From assembly GCA_964555585.1 (NCBI GenBank), contig CAZKSN010000002.1, positions 1,293-65,292 of the forward strand: a DNA stretch of 64,000 nucleotides, in the 5' to 3' direction. A model generated the notes under the pieces. That model ran no database searches, was not told where the DNA came from, and was given only the letters and a program-made list of their open reading frames with translations. The translations under genes and the position numbers were made by a program. Origin of the DNA: an uncultured Muribaculaceae bacterium. GTDB taxonomy: Bacteria; Bacillota_I; Bacilli_A; RF39; UBA660. This document shows, piece after piece, positions 30,759-42,100 of the stretch (positions are counted from its first letter, which is position 1; every line of letters begins with the position of its first letter).

Positions 30759-31191
30759 CTTTTAAATCCGTTTCAAATAAATTTTCAGCTATTTCAGAAA
30801 GATTATCTTCATTTGATTTAAAGTAATTTTCAAACTCTACCTTATCCCAAATTTCTAGTCGTTCATTTACGCCAATTATCACACATTCATGCTTTAAATT
30901 GGCGTAATGAACTAACGGTGAGGTAATATTGATTCGACCTTGTTTATCGAAATCATTTAGAGTAGCGCCACCAATGAAAGATCTTTCAAAAGCTCGTACA
31001 TTTTTCTTAGTAAATGGAAGAGAATTAACCTTGTTTATTATTTTATTCCATTCATTAACTGAATAAACAAATAAACATTTTTCAAGTCCTCTTGTTATAA
31101 TGAATTGATTTCCCAATTCTGTCCTAAACTTAGCAGGAATAATAAGACGACTCTTTTCGTCAATGCTATGATGATATTCACCCATTAACAT
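30751..31191 (-). CDS. mraZ: Transcriptional regulator MraZ
   Basis: MLMGEYHHSIDEKSRLIIPAKFR, with two MraZ repeats. The likely start is the internal Met at 31191; the track ORF extends to 31224. Confidence 0.85.
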   Translation of the reverse strand: MLMGEYHHSIDEKSRLIIPAKFRTELGNQFIITRGLEKCLFVYSVNEWNKIINKVNSLPFTKKNVRAFERSFIGGATLNDFDKQGRINITSPLVHYANLKHECVIIGVNERLEIWDKVEFENYFKSNEDNLSEIAENLFETDLKDA

Positions 31192-31354
31192 TCTTATCCC
31201 CCACTTTCCACCACTATGTGTCACCCTCTACCACTATATTACTATTTATAAATATATTTGTAAAGAGTTTTTTAAATATTTTTTTAAAAAAATGTAAATG
31301 AATTTTAAATAACAAAAAAAGGACTACATTATATAATCCTTTTTTAATTTTTAA

Positions 31355-31573
31355 TTATTCTTTATCTTCTTTTTTTGAAGTTTTTATTGCTTCTTTACCT
31401 TTATAGTATCCACATTTTGAACACGCTCTATGAGGAGCTACTACTTCTCCACAATTAGAACATTTGCTAACTGTTGGTGCACTCTTTTTTAAATGAGTTC
31501 TTCTTTGTCTTTTAGCAGTTTTACTTACTCTTCTTGCAGGTAAAGCACCAAATAATTGAATATCTAATTTCAT
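31355..31573 (-). CDS. rpmF: 50S ribosomal protein L32, with a short N-terminal extension
   Basis: ALPARRVSKTAKRQRRTH...C.NCG...HR.C..CG.YKGK. A GGAGGAGG RBS precedes the ATG at 31573. Confidence 0.8.
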   Translation of the reverse strand: MKLDIQLFGALPARRVSKTAKRQRRTHLKKSAPTVSKCSNCGEVVAPHRACSKCGYYKGKEAIKTSKKEDKE

Positions 31574-32025
31574 TTTTCCTCCTCCATATTCTTTATTTCA
31601 TCATCTGTAATTAAATTCCATCCATTTCCACTTGTTTTTATATTAACATCTTCTTTAACAATTCGACTTGGAATTTCTAGTACTATATTTTCCCATACAA
31701 TTGGAAAAATATCAAGTGTATTTGCTAAATTATTTAAATTTTCTTGCTCAACTGTATTATTTATATTTATATTAAAAGGATATTCAACTTCTTCTAAACT
31801 TAATGCACATAATAAAATCATAACTCCAGTTACATTTAAATTTAATTCAAAAAGACCATCATCGAGTTTATAAACATTTCCATTAACTTTTATTTTACTT
31901 ATTCTTTTTATATCTGTATTCTTAATATCTTCTTCGGATATTTCAAATTCTCCATTTATTTCATATACTTCTTCATTCAAACTTAAATCTATTTTCATAA
32001 CTGCCTCCTTGCTTTTATTATACAA
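31570..32025 (-). CDS. yceD: YceD/DUF177 family protein (23S rRNA accumulation protein)
   Basis: Conserved position upstream of rpmF. A DUF177-like acidic protein. Confidence 0.65.
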   Translation of the reverse strand: MYNKSKEAVMKIDLSLNEEVYEINGEFEISEEDIKNTDIKRISKIKVNGNVYKLDDGLFELNLNVTGVMILLCALSLEEVEYPFNININNTVEQENLNNLANTLDIFPIVWENIVLEIPSRIVKEDVNIKTSGNGWNLITDDEIKNMEEEK

Positions 32026-32092
32026 CTTATAACTATTTATAACAATTGAATTTAATTAATTTGTAAAGTATAATCTTATTGAGAGGTTGTTT

Positions 32093-33232
32093 ATGAATAC
32101 AATTGGAATAGTGGTAGAATATAATCCATTTCACAATGGTCATTTATATCAGATTAATAAAGTTAAAGAATTATATCCGGGCTCAACAATAATAGTCGTA
32201 ATGAGTTCTTCTTTTACTCAAAGAGGAGAAATATCTGTTTTGGATAAATGGACAAAGACAGAAATAGCTTTATATTATAAAGTAGATTTGGTTGTAGAAC
32301 TACCTTATGTATTTTCAGTTCAAGGAGCTGATGTGTTTGCTAAAGGAGCTATTAGTATTTTAAATGCTTTAAAAATAGATACCTTAGTATTTGGAAGTGA
32401 AACAATTGACTTAAATAAATTATTAACAGTTGCTAGAACTCAATTAAATAATAAAAGATTTGATAATAAGTTAAAAAAATATTTAAATGAAGGAATAAGT
32501 TATCCTAATGCGATATCTAAGACAATAAAAGATATTACAAATTATTCAGTATCTGAATCAAATGAATTATTAGCTATTTCATATATTAAAGAGATTTTAA
32601 AACAAAATGATAAAATTAATATAGTACCTTTATTAAGAAATAAAAATTATGAAGATATTAAATTAAGTGAAAAAATCATTAGTGCGACTGATATTAGAAA
32701 TAGATTAAAAACTAAAGAAAATATAAAAAGTTATGTACCTGCCTATACATATAAATATTTAAAAAATATTAACATTGATTATGATAAATATTTCTTTTTA
32801 TTAAAATATAAAATTCTTTCATGCAAAGATCTTACAATATACTTAGATGTAAACGAAGGAATAGAAAACAGAATTATAAAAGCGGCTACTATATCAACTA
32901 ACCTTGAAGAATTAATAAGCAATATTAAATCCAAAAGATATGCATTTAATAAAATATGTAGAATGTTAAATCATATTTTAACTGACTTTACTAAAGAAGA
33001 TACTAAAAAATATAAAGATATAGAATATATAAGAATTTTAGGTTTTAACAATAATGGTAAAATGCATTTAAATAAAATAAAAAAAGATATGAAATATCCT
33101 ATTATTTCTAAGTTTGATAATAAATATAATTTACTTCAATATGAATTAAAAATAACTAAAATATACTCTTTAATTTTAAATAATAACTGTCTAATTGAAA
33201 AAGAATATAAAAGTAAGCCATTGATTTTATAA
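32093..33232 (+). CDS. tmcAL: tRNA(Met) cytidine acetate ligase TmcAL (YlbM/UPF0348 nucleotidyltransferase)
   Basis: IVVEYNPFHNGHLYQI (HxGH-type) and a UPF0348 signature. The track starts at a TTG at 32087. The ATG at 32093 has a GAGAGG RBS. Confidence 0.8.
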   Translation: MNTIGIVVEYNPFHNGHLYQINKVKELYPGSTIIVVMSSSFTQRGEISVLDKWTKTEIALYYKVDLVVELPYVFSVQGADVFAKGAISILNALKIDTLVFGSETIDLNKLLTVARTQLNNKRFDNKLKKYLNEGISYPNAISKTIKDITNYSVSESNELLAISYIKEILKQNDKINIVPLLRNKNYEDIKLSEKIISATDIRNRLKTKENIKSYVPAYTYKYLKNINIDYDKYFFLLKYKILSCKDLTIYLDVNEGIENRIIKAATISTNLEELISNIKSKRYAFNKICRMLNHILTDFTKEDTKKYKDIEYIRILGFNNNGKMHLNKIKKDMKYPIISKFDNKYNLLQYELKITKIYSLILNNNCLIEKEYKSKPLIL

Positions 33233-33292
33233 CTTTTTATTGAATTATTTTTTTAAAAGTGATATAATATATAACATTTTCAAGGGGGATTT

Positions 33293-34282
33293 ATGTACGA
33301 GAATAACAGTGATGAAGCTGATTATTATAATATTATATATTGCGCTACTAGTGAATTTAAAAATTTTTTATTACATGCAATAAATATATTCGAACAAATT
33401 ATATTAAATTCAGATACTTTTTGTTATACTTTTCCTGTTAAAGCTTCAAAAAAATATGAAAATGCACAATTAAATACTATTGATGCAGCAGGTATTTCTT
33501 TATTTTTATCAGCAATTATTACAAATCAAGAATTAGCTAAAGTATTAAGTGATTCAAATATCACTTTTGAAAGAGTATTAGAATATGTAAAAATTAAAGA
33601 TTTTACAATGAAATTTAATTTTGGTGGTAAAGAAGCTTTAATTGTTTTTAATGAATATTTTCTTAACATTATAAAGAAACACATGGAATTAAACAATATT
33701 TCAGATACTAGTTTACTTAATTCTAATCAACTGATATTTGATTTGTATAAAAAAGAAAATTTTAATACAGATATAATTAATTTGATATATAAATTTTTAT
33801 TTATTTTTGAATATGATGATGATGCAGCTAAACATAAAAGTTATAAAAAAATCAAGAAATTATTGGAAGACACAAAATTATATAATGAAATTAAAAAAGA
33901 AGAAAATTCTGTTCCAATTACTAAACAAATGAATGATAATATAAATATAAAGTCAGAGAAAAAATTAACAAAAAATGATACAAGTATTAAAAATAAAATA
34001 TTAAAATTAGAAACTGACTATAATAAAAAAATTGATATAGATTATTCTACTTTTTTTGAAATATTAAATTATATTTCAAATATTTCAAAAAGTCTATCTT
34101 CTAGAAAAGTTGAATTTATAAAATCTATTATTGAAAGTACTTTTAAAAATTCTGATAAAGAAACTGTAACTGTAGAAGATTTTATAACTTCAATATTAAA
34201 TAGTGATAGATTATTATCTTCTCAAAAAGAACAATATGCTATTGAGATGTTTGATAATTGGTATCCTACTTTAAGTAAATAA
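33293..34282 (+). CDS. Hypothetical protein (Asn/Lys-rich)
   Basis: ORF only. Confidence 0.4.
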   Translation: MYENNSDEADYYNIIYCATSEFKNFLLHAINIFEQIILNSDTFCYTFPVKASKKYENAQLNTIDAAGISLFLSAIITNQELAKVLSDSNITFERVLEYVKIKDFTMKFNFGGKEALIVFNEYFLNIIKKHMELNNISDTSLLNSNQLIFDLYKKENFNTDIINLIYKFLFIFEYDDDAAKHKSYKKIKKLLEDTKLYNEIKKEENSVPITKQMNDNINIKSEKKLTKNDTSIKNKILKLETDYNKKIDIDYSTFFEILNYISNISKSLSSRKVEFIKSIIESTFKNSDKETVTVEDFITSILNSDRLLSSQKEQYAIEMFDNWYPTLSK

Positions 34283-34303
34283 AAGAAAAGAATTTAATTA
34301 ATA

Positions 34304-35158
34304 TTATTTATTAGGTTTTACATCTATAAAAATATATTTAATATCATTAAATTCTTTTTTTATTTTTTTAATAATTTTTTCTTTAATTCTATATATATTT
34401 TTCAATTTTATATTTTTATCCATTATTATTTCTAAGTTCATTGACATATAAGAACCATATTTCAATAAAGTTATATTTTTTATTTCAAGTACTTTATCAT
34501 AATTTAAAATAATATTTTTTATTATTTCATTTTTTTCTGGATCTATATCTTTTTCTCCCAATACACTTTTTATATTTTCAGTAAATATTTTAAGTCCAAC
34601 TTTTAAAGTTAATATAGATATAACTATACTTCCTATCATATCTGCATATCTTAAAACATATATATATTTTTGAAAATAAGAAATTATTACTATAAATAAA
34701 GCAAATGTTGTGTTAACAGCGTCAAATCTACTTTCATAACCACTTGAAATTAATATATTACTATTAATTTTTTTTCCATTCTTTAATAAATAATTTGATA
34801 TTAATATTTTTAATACTAGAGATGCAATTATTAATATAAATACATAAAAAGAATAGTTAATTTTTCTAATAGAAAACGAATTTAAGAATATCATTACTCC
34901 TAATGAAATAACAAATAAACTTATAAAAATGCTTGTAACATATTCCATTTTGCCATGTCCATAAGGATGAGTTTTATCTGGTTTTTTTGCTGCTATTTTA
35001 GAACCTGTTAAAGCAACTATGTCAGTAGAAAAATCAGATAATCCATGAACTGCATCTGCAAGTAAAGTTTTAGAATTAGTAAGTAAACTTACTATAATTT
35101 TTATAATTGCTAAAAAAAGATTAACAAAAAAACTTTTTAACATAATTTTAAATGTCAT
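34304..35158 (-). CDS. Cation diffusion facilitator family transporter
   Basis: Transmembrane helices with HGLSDFSTD and HPYGHGKME motifs, plus a C-terminal cytoplasmic domain. Confidence 0.8.
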   Translation of the reverse strand: MTFKIMLKSFFVNLFLAIIKIIVSLLTNSKTLLADAVHGLSDFSTDIVALTGSKIAAKKPDKTHPYGHGKMEYVTSIFISLFVISLGVMIFLNSFSIRKINYSFYVFILIIASLVLKILISNYLLKNGKKINSNILISSGYESRFDAVNTTFALFIVIISYFQKYIYVLRYADMIGSIVISILTLKVGLKIFTENIKSVLGEKDIDPEKNEIIKNIILNYDKVLEIKNITLLKYGSYMSMNLEIIMDKNIKLKNIYRIKEKIIKKIKKEFNDIKYIFIDVKPNK

Positions 35159-35166
35159 ATTATAAC

Positions 35167-37731
35167 CTACTTTGCTTCATACCAATTATTCCCAAAATCT
35201 ATTTCAACTTTTAAAGGGACTAATAATTTATATGCACTTTCCATAATTTCTTTAACTACTTCTTGAACTTTTTGTTTTTCATTTATATCCACATTAAATA
35301 ATAATTCATCATGTACTTGTAATATCATTTTACTTTTAAATTTTAATTCATTAAATTTATCAAATATTCTTATCATTGCAATTTTTATTATATCTGCTTC
35401 AGTGGATTGAATTGGAGTATTTAAAGCAATTCTTTCACCTGCAGCTCTAATCATATAATTTGTATTATTCAATTCTTCTATTACTCTTTTTCTATTCATT
35501 AAGCTAGTTACAAAGCCTTTTGATTTAGCTTCAATTACAATTTTTTCCATATAATTTTTTACACCAGGATAAAGATTTAAATATTTTTCAATAAATTTCT
35601 TTGCTTCATTTACAGGCAAATCCAAATTTTCTCCTAATCCATAACCACTTATTCCATAAACTATTCCAAATATAACTGCCTTTGCAGTTCTTCTCATGTT
35701 TTTTGTAACTGCTTTTTCTTCAATACCAAATATATCAGAAGCTACTTTTGTATGTATATCTTCATGATTATTAAATGCATCAATTAAATTTTCACATTTT
35801 GAAATATGTGCCAGTATTCTTAATTCTAATTGAGAATAATCACAACTCATAATAATAAAATTTTTTTCTGGAAAAAAAGCTTTTCTGATATTTCTTCCTT
35901 CTTCACTTCTTATAGGAATATTTTGTAAATTAGGTTCTATAGAACTTAATCTACCTGTTCTAGTAATATTCTGCTTATATATAGTGTGAATTTTTCCATC
36001 ATTCATAATAAATTCAATTAAGCTATCCATATATGTACTCATTAATTTTGTTAAATTTCTATACTCCAATATTTTTTCAATAATTGGATGAGTATTCACC
36101 AATTTCACTAAAACATCATGACTCGTACTAAATCCTGTTTTACCTTTTTTACCATAATAAGGCAAATGTAATTTTTCAAATAATATTTCACCTAATTGTT
36201 TGGGAGAACTTATATTAAAATTAATACCTGCATAATTATATATATCTCTCGTAATGTTATTTATTTTAATTTCAAGTTCTTCTTTCATATCAAAGAGTTT
36301 TTCCTTACTGACATTAATTCCTTCAATTTCCATATCAGCAAGTACAGGAATCAGAGGCATTTCAATATCATAAAATAAATTTTTCATATCTTCTTCCATT
36401 AATTTATTTTCATATTTTTCTTTTGTTTCATATAAAAACTTTGCTTTAAGACAAATATTTTCTTCTATTTCTTTTTCACTCATTGTTTTCTTTTTTCCAA
36501 ACATATTTTCATAAAACATTATTTTATAATTTTCTGTATTGGCTAAATATGCAATATCATCTCTCGCATTATAATTTAATAAATAAGCTGCGATCATTGT
36601 ATCAAATTCAGAATTAACTTTTATATTGTATTTATTTAAAGTAACAATAACTTTTTTTAAATCATAAGTCACTAATATATTATCAAATAATTCCTTTTTA
36701 TTTAAAACTTCTTCCTTTGTTAAATAATAAGAGTGTTTTCCATCATAAATACCAGCACCTATTATATCTGCTTTATGATAATTTTCATTATCTATTTCTA
36801 AATAAAAAGATATTTTATTTTCAATATTAATATTACTTACTTTTTTATATTCAATTTTTTCTTCTAATTTTTTTTGTGTCTTCTTAATAAATGAGTAGAA
36901 TTCTAATTCTTCATATAGATTATAAAGCTTTTCTTCATTTATATCTTTTATTTTAATATCTTCAAAAGTCATTCCTAAATCTATATCTTTATATATAGTT
37001 GCCAACTTTTTTGAAAAAAAAGCCATCTCTTTATCATTGATTAATTTTTCTTTTAATTTACCTGTTATACTTTCAATATTATTATATATTTCTTCTAAAG
37101 TTCCATATTTTTGCAATAAAGTTAATGCGGTCTTTTCACCTATTCCATTAACTCCTGGAATATTATCACTAGGATCTCCTTGTAATGACTTCAAATCTAT
37201 CATATTAATTGGAGCTATTCCATATGTTTCTTTAAAAGTTTTTTCATTCATAATTATATAATCTTTTTGCTTTAATAATTTTACATTTACGTCACTCGAT
37301 ATCAATTGTAATAAGTCTTTATCACTACTTATAATTGTAGCATCATAAAGTCTATCTTCATCAGCCATTCTCGCAAAAGTACCTATTATATCATCTGCTT
37401 CATAATTATCTACTTCTAAATAATTGATTCCCATGTATTCCAATATTTGTTTTGCTATCGGAAATTGCTCTAATAATTCCTTAGGAGTTTCAATTCTTCC
37501 ATCTTTATAGTTTTTATATAATTCATGTCTAAAATTCTTTCCTTTATCAAAAGCCACCACAATATATTCTGGCTTTTCTTCTGCAAGTACTTTATTAATC
37601 ATACTTACAAAACCAAAAAGAGCATTTGTTGGAAAACCTTTAGAATTTTTCAATGTATTGCCTGTATAGGCAGTGGCATAATAACTCCTAAAAAGTAAAT
37701 TATTACCATCTATTAAAATCGCTCTTTTCAT
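35167..37731 (-). CDS. polA: DNA polymerase I
   Basis: 5'-3' exonuclease N-terminus, polymerase motif A (DYSQLELRILAH) and motif B (RR.AK..FGI.YG). Motif C is QVHDEL. The probable start is MKRAIL at 37731; the track starts at 37749. Confidence 0.95.
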   Translation of the reverse strand: MKRAILIDGNNLLFRSYYATAYTGNTLKNSKGFPTNALFGFVSMINKVLAEEKPEYIVVAFDKGKNFRHELYKNYKDGRIETPKELLEQFPIAKQILEYMGINYLEVDNYEADDIIGTFARMADEDRLYDATIISSDKDLLQLISSDVNVKLLKQKDYIIMNEKTFKETYGIAPINMIDLKSLQGDPSDNIPGVNGIGEKTALTLLQKYGTLEEIYNNIESITGKLKEKLINDKEMAFFSKKLATIYKDIDLGMTFEDIKIKDINEEKLYNLYEELEFYSFIKKTQKKLEEKIEYKKVSNINIENKISFYLEIDNENYHKADIIGAGIYDGKHSYYLTKEEVLNKKELFDNILVTYDLKKVIVTLNKYNIKVNSEFDTMIAAYLLNYNARDDIAYLANTENYKIMFYENMFGKKKTMSEKEIEENICLKAKFLYETKEKYENKLMEEDMKNLFYDIEMPLIPVLADMEIEGINVSKEKLFDMKEELEIKINNITRDIYNYAGINFNISSPKQLGEILFEKLHLPYYGKKGKTGFSTSHDVLVKLVNTHPIIEKILEYRNLTKLMSTYMDSLIEFIMNDGKIHTIYKQNITRTGRLSSIEPNLQNIPIRSEEGRNIRKAFFPEKNFIIMSCDYSQLELRILAHISKCENLIDAFNNHEDIHTKVASDIFGIEEKAVTKNMRRTAKAVIFGIVYGISGYGLGENLDLPVNEAKKFIEKYLNLYPGVKNYMEKIVIEAKSKGFVTSLMNRKRVIEELNNTNYMIRAAGERIALNTPIQSTEADIIKIAMIRIFDKFNELKFKSKMILQVHDELLFNVDINEKQKVQEVVKEIMESAYKLLVPLKVEIDFGNNWYEAK

Positions 37732-37991
37732 TTTTATCACCAATAACATTATATCATATATTACTTTTCTATTTTTCTAATATTTTTAATTTTTTTAACA
37801 GATATAATAAATTCTTTACCTATTCTTTAATATTATTGTAATTTCTGCAACTTCTATAAAACTTAAAGCTAAAAGTCTTGTTCTTTCTTCATCAGTTATA
37901 TTTATTTATGCTATCATTACTTTATCATTTTTATTACAAATTATTAAAGGAAACATAATTATCACCTAAATTAATTTTATCATAAAAAAAA

Positions 37992-38016
37992 TGGAAATAT
38001 ATTAAATATTTCCACC
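37992..38016 (-). terminator. Terminator hairpin downstream of the 38140..39105 gene
   Basis: TGGAAATAT-attaa-ATATTTCCA, preceded on the plus strand by an A8 run. Confidence 0.45.
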
Positions 38017-38139
38017 ATTTATGATATTTATACAAATCGATAAAGAATATGTATAAAATCAGTAAATATGTAACTAAACTTAATTTAATAAATTTAATTA
38101 CTAGTTAATCGTATCATTTATTTTTTTATTTGTCAACAA

Positions 38140-39105
38140 TTAATTATTTTTTTCTAATCTTTTACACCAATCTATACCAATATTATTATCTTTTGAATTA
38201 TTTTTTTGATAATATTGATTTTTTAAAGAATTTATAATCTGTTTTAAATTATATTTGAAATAAACATCATTAAGTGAATAAGGATGACCAACTTCATGAA
38301 ATTTACCTGTTGGCCAGGGACCATTATTATGAGAGCCACAACCAAAAAAAGAGTCTTCAAATATTTCCTCCTTATGTAAAGTAGATTCAGTTTCATCCTT
38401 TTCAAATATTATATAAAATGGAAAATATTTTTCAAAAAAATTTTCTAATTTTTCCTTACCTACTTCATAATACAAATTAATAGGTATACGAATTGCATTC
38501 ATATTATCTTTTTCAAACGAGATAAGATTAAATTTGATTGTATTAAAAAATTCGTTTTTAATTCTATAAAGTTTTTTATATGCATTAGAACTATATAAAG
38601 TTTTTGAATTATGTTCTTTAACTTTTAAAGTAAAATACTCAGAAAAATCTTTTTTTAAATTATACAATAAATTTTCTTTTGCTAAAATTTTTATTTCCTT
38701 TATTATTATTTCAAAAATCTTTACTATACTATCATTTGAAAATTCATCAGATTTTATTTGATTTAAACAATAGTAAAATTTGCTTTCAAGAATTTTAAAT
38801 TCTTTCAACATTTTAATATATTCTTCTAAAAATTTTTGAATTTGTTCAGAACTAAATATTTCTTCATATTTATTATGAATTGTTCCACCAATAATATCAT
38901 TAAACATATTTATTATTTTGATAAATTCATTTATTTCATATTCATTTAATTCATTATTTGGAAAAATTTCTGATATTTTCACTATTTTTAATTCTTTATT
39001 TATGTTATTACAAGGCACTAAACCTTCTAAATAATAAATAACATAAAATTTTCCATTAAAATCAAATGCTGAAAACATTAAATTTTCTTTTAATTTTGTT
39101 TCCAT
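38140..39105 (-). CDS. Hypothetical protein
   Basis: ORF only. The C-terminal segment CGSHNNGPWPTGKFHEVGHP is Cys/His-rich. Confidence 0.45.
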   Translation of the reverse strand: METKLKENLMFSAFDFNGKFYVIYYLEGLVPCNNINKELKIVKISEIFPNNELNEYEINEFIKIINMFNDIIGGTIHNKYEEIFSSEQIQKFLEEYIKMLKEFKILESKFYYCLNQIKSDEFSNDSIVKIFEIIIKEIKILAKENLLYNLKKDFSEYFTLKVKEHNSKTLYSSNAYKKLYRIKNEFFNTIKFNLISFEKDNMNAIRIPINLYYEVGKEKLENFFEKYFPFYIIFEKDETESTLHKEEIFEDSFFGCGSHNNGPWPTGKFHEVGHPYSLNDVYFKYNLKQIINSLKNQYYQKNNSKDNNIGIDWCKRLEKNN

Positions 39106-39166
39106 AAAACCTCCTACAAATCTTTGATATTTATGTTAACATTGTAAAATATAATTGTCAATAAAT

Positions 39167-42100
39167 TTAAAATAAACTTAATTGAGAGCTTTCAGGTAAT
39201 TCATCAAGTACTTTCATTGACCTTAATTTATCTATAATAGTTTGAGATACTTTTCCTCTCATTTGTAGGTCTTCAATACTTACAAAAGGTTTTTGATCTC
39301 TTTCTTCCACTAATTTATTAGCTGCTGTTTCTCCCATACCATCTAAAGTGTTAAATGGTGGTATTAATCCAGTTCTATCTTTATTTATTTTAAACATTAC
39401 TGCATCACTTTCTGTAAGAGATATATTTTCAAAATAAAAACCTCTTTCAAGCATTTCTTTAGCAACTTCTAATGTAGAATAAACTGCTTCTTCTTTATTG
39501 GAAATAGCATAACCTTTTTCTTTTAATTCTATCATTACTCTTTCAATTTCTTTTTTACCATTTATCATTGCTTCTATATCAAAAGCATCTTTTCTAATTG
39601 AAAGAAATACTCTGTAATATTCTAATGGATGATATATTTTAAACCATGCAACCCTACATGAATTTGTAACATATGCTGCTGCATGAGCTTTAGGAAATAA
39701 GTATTTTATTTTTTCACAAGAAGTAATAAACCAGTCTGGAACATTTTTTTCTTTTAAAGTCTTTTTAAATTCATTCCATGCATCAACTTCTTTTGAGGCT
39801 TTACCTTTACGTATAAATTCACTAATTTTAAATGAAAGACCTTTATCAACTCCTGCTTTTATTAGATTTATCATAATATCATCACGACAACCAATAACAT
39901 CTTTGAATTCACAAGTACCATTTAATATTAAGTCACGAACATTTCCAGCCCATACATCTGTTCCGTGAGCAAGTCCGCAGACTTTGATTAAATCTGAAAA
40001 TGATTGAGGTTTAATTTCATCTAACATTTTAATAGCAAAGTTTGTTCCAAATTCTGGAACTCCGATTGTACTTAAATTAAGTTTATTATTTGGTTTAAAT
40101 ATTTCAATAATATTTTTATCATCAAGAGGAATATCTTCTACTTTAATATTAACATCATCACAAAGATATTTTAATGCAGTTGGATCATCATGACCTAATA
40201 TATCTAATTTTAAAACATTGCTTTCAATGTCATGAAATTCAAAGTGAGTAGTATACCAATTTGAACTGGTATTTTCTGCTGGATATTGAAATGGAGTAAA
40301 ATCATGTACATCTTTATAATCAGGTATTACGATAATACCACCTGGATGTTGTCCACTTGTTCTTTTAATTCCGGTTATTCCCTGAGCTAATCTTTCAATT
40401 TCTGCACTTCTTAATGTAAGAGCTTTATCTTCAGCATAAGCCTTAACAAAACCGTAGGCAGTTTTTTCTGCAATCGTAGAAACTGTGCCTGCTCTATAAA
40501 CATTTTCCTCCCCAAATAATACTTTAGTATAATCATGAGCTTTAGATTGATATTCCCCTGAAAAGTTTAAGTCAATATCTGGTGTTTTATCCGCATTAAA
40601 TCCTAAGAAAGTTTCGAAAGGAATATTTTGACCCTGTTTAATTAACATTGCTCCACATTCACATTTTCTATCAGGCATATCAAAACCACTGCCATAATTG
40701 TATGCTAAAGGCTCACCATTGTCTTCAAAAACACTTTTTTTACATACTGGACATATATAATGCGGAGGTAGTGGATTTACTTCAGTAATATTTAAAAATG
40801 TAGCTACCAAACTAGATCCTACTGAACCTCTTGAACCAACTATATATCCATCATCATTAGATATCTTAACTAATTTTTGAGCAATAAGATAAATAACATC
40901 ATATTCTCCACTAATAATACCAGTTAATTCTTTATTCAATCTTTCTGAAATTATTTCAGGCAATTCTTCTCCATAAGTACCAGTAGCATTCTTATATACT
41001 AGTTCCTTTATTATTTCAGCAGAATTTTCCATTTTAGGAGAATATAAATCCTTTTTAATTACTTCTACTTCTTCAATAGAATCTGCTATTTTATTTGTAT
41101 TGGTTATTACAATTTCTTTTGCTTTTGATTCATCTATGAAATCAAATTCTTCTAGCATTTCTTTTGTTGTTCTAAGATATGCATTAGGAATTGTTTTTAT
41201 ATTACTTCTATATAACGGATGAAAACCTCCGCCTGGCTGCTTTTGAGTAACAAGAATTTCTCTATAAATATTGTCGTCCGGATCTAAAGTATGAACATCT
41301 CCAGTTGCACACACTAACTTTCCAACACTGTCAGCACAATTAATTATTTTTTTAATATTTTCTTTTAATTCAAATATATTTGAGAAATCTTCACTTTCAA
41401 TTAAATGAGTTAATATACCTGGAGGATTTACTTCTATAAAATCATAAAACATCATTAAATTTACCAAATCATCTTCACTCTTTGTCTTAGCCGCAGTAAA
41501 TATTTCGCCATTAGCACATCCAGAGCCTATTAATAAACCTTCTCTTAAATTATTTAATTCACTTTTTAAAATTCTAGGAGTTTTATAAAAATATTTTGTA
41601 TTACAATAACTTATTATCTTAAATAAATTTTTTAATCCTATATTATTTTTTGCAAAAACAGTTATATGAAAAGGTCTGCTTGTTTTAACAATATTTTCTA
41701 CATTAATTAAGTTATTTAAATCTTTTACAAGATTATAATTGCTTCCTAGTTCATCAATCATTTTATGAAAAATCAAACCAGTTGCTTCAGCATCATAATC
41801 AGCTCTATGATGAGCATTTTCATCAAATTCTATATTATATTTTTTTACCAGATTACTTAAACTATGACTTCTTGAATCAGGATCTATTGCCCTACTCAAT
41901 TCTAAAGTATCAATTACCGTATTTTTAAATTCTCCTAATGAATACTTTTTATATGCACTCTTTATAAACGAAACATCAAATTTAGCATTATGAGCTATCA
42001 TAGGTAAATCCTCACACCAGTTCAAAAATCTTTTAAATACTATTTCTTCAGATTCTTTATCTTTTAACATAGCATCAGTAATTTTTGTAATGTTAGTAAT

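Noticed and set aside
31540-31573. L32 N-terminal extension (MKLDIQLFG) as a possible mis-called start
   Set aside because: A strong GGAGGAGG RBS sits at the proper distance from the ATG at 31573. No alternative in-frame ATG or GTG has an RBS, so the extension is probably real and not of special interest.
36196-37261. Short plus-strand ORFs inside polA
   Set aside because: Shadow frames within a conserved gene.
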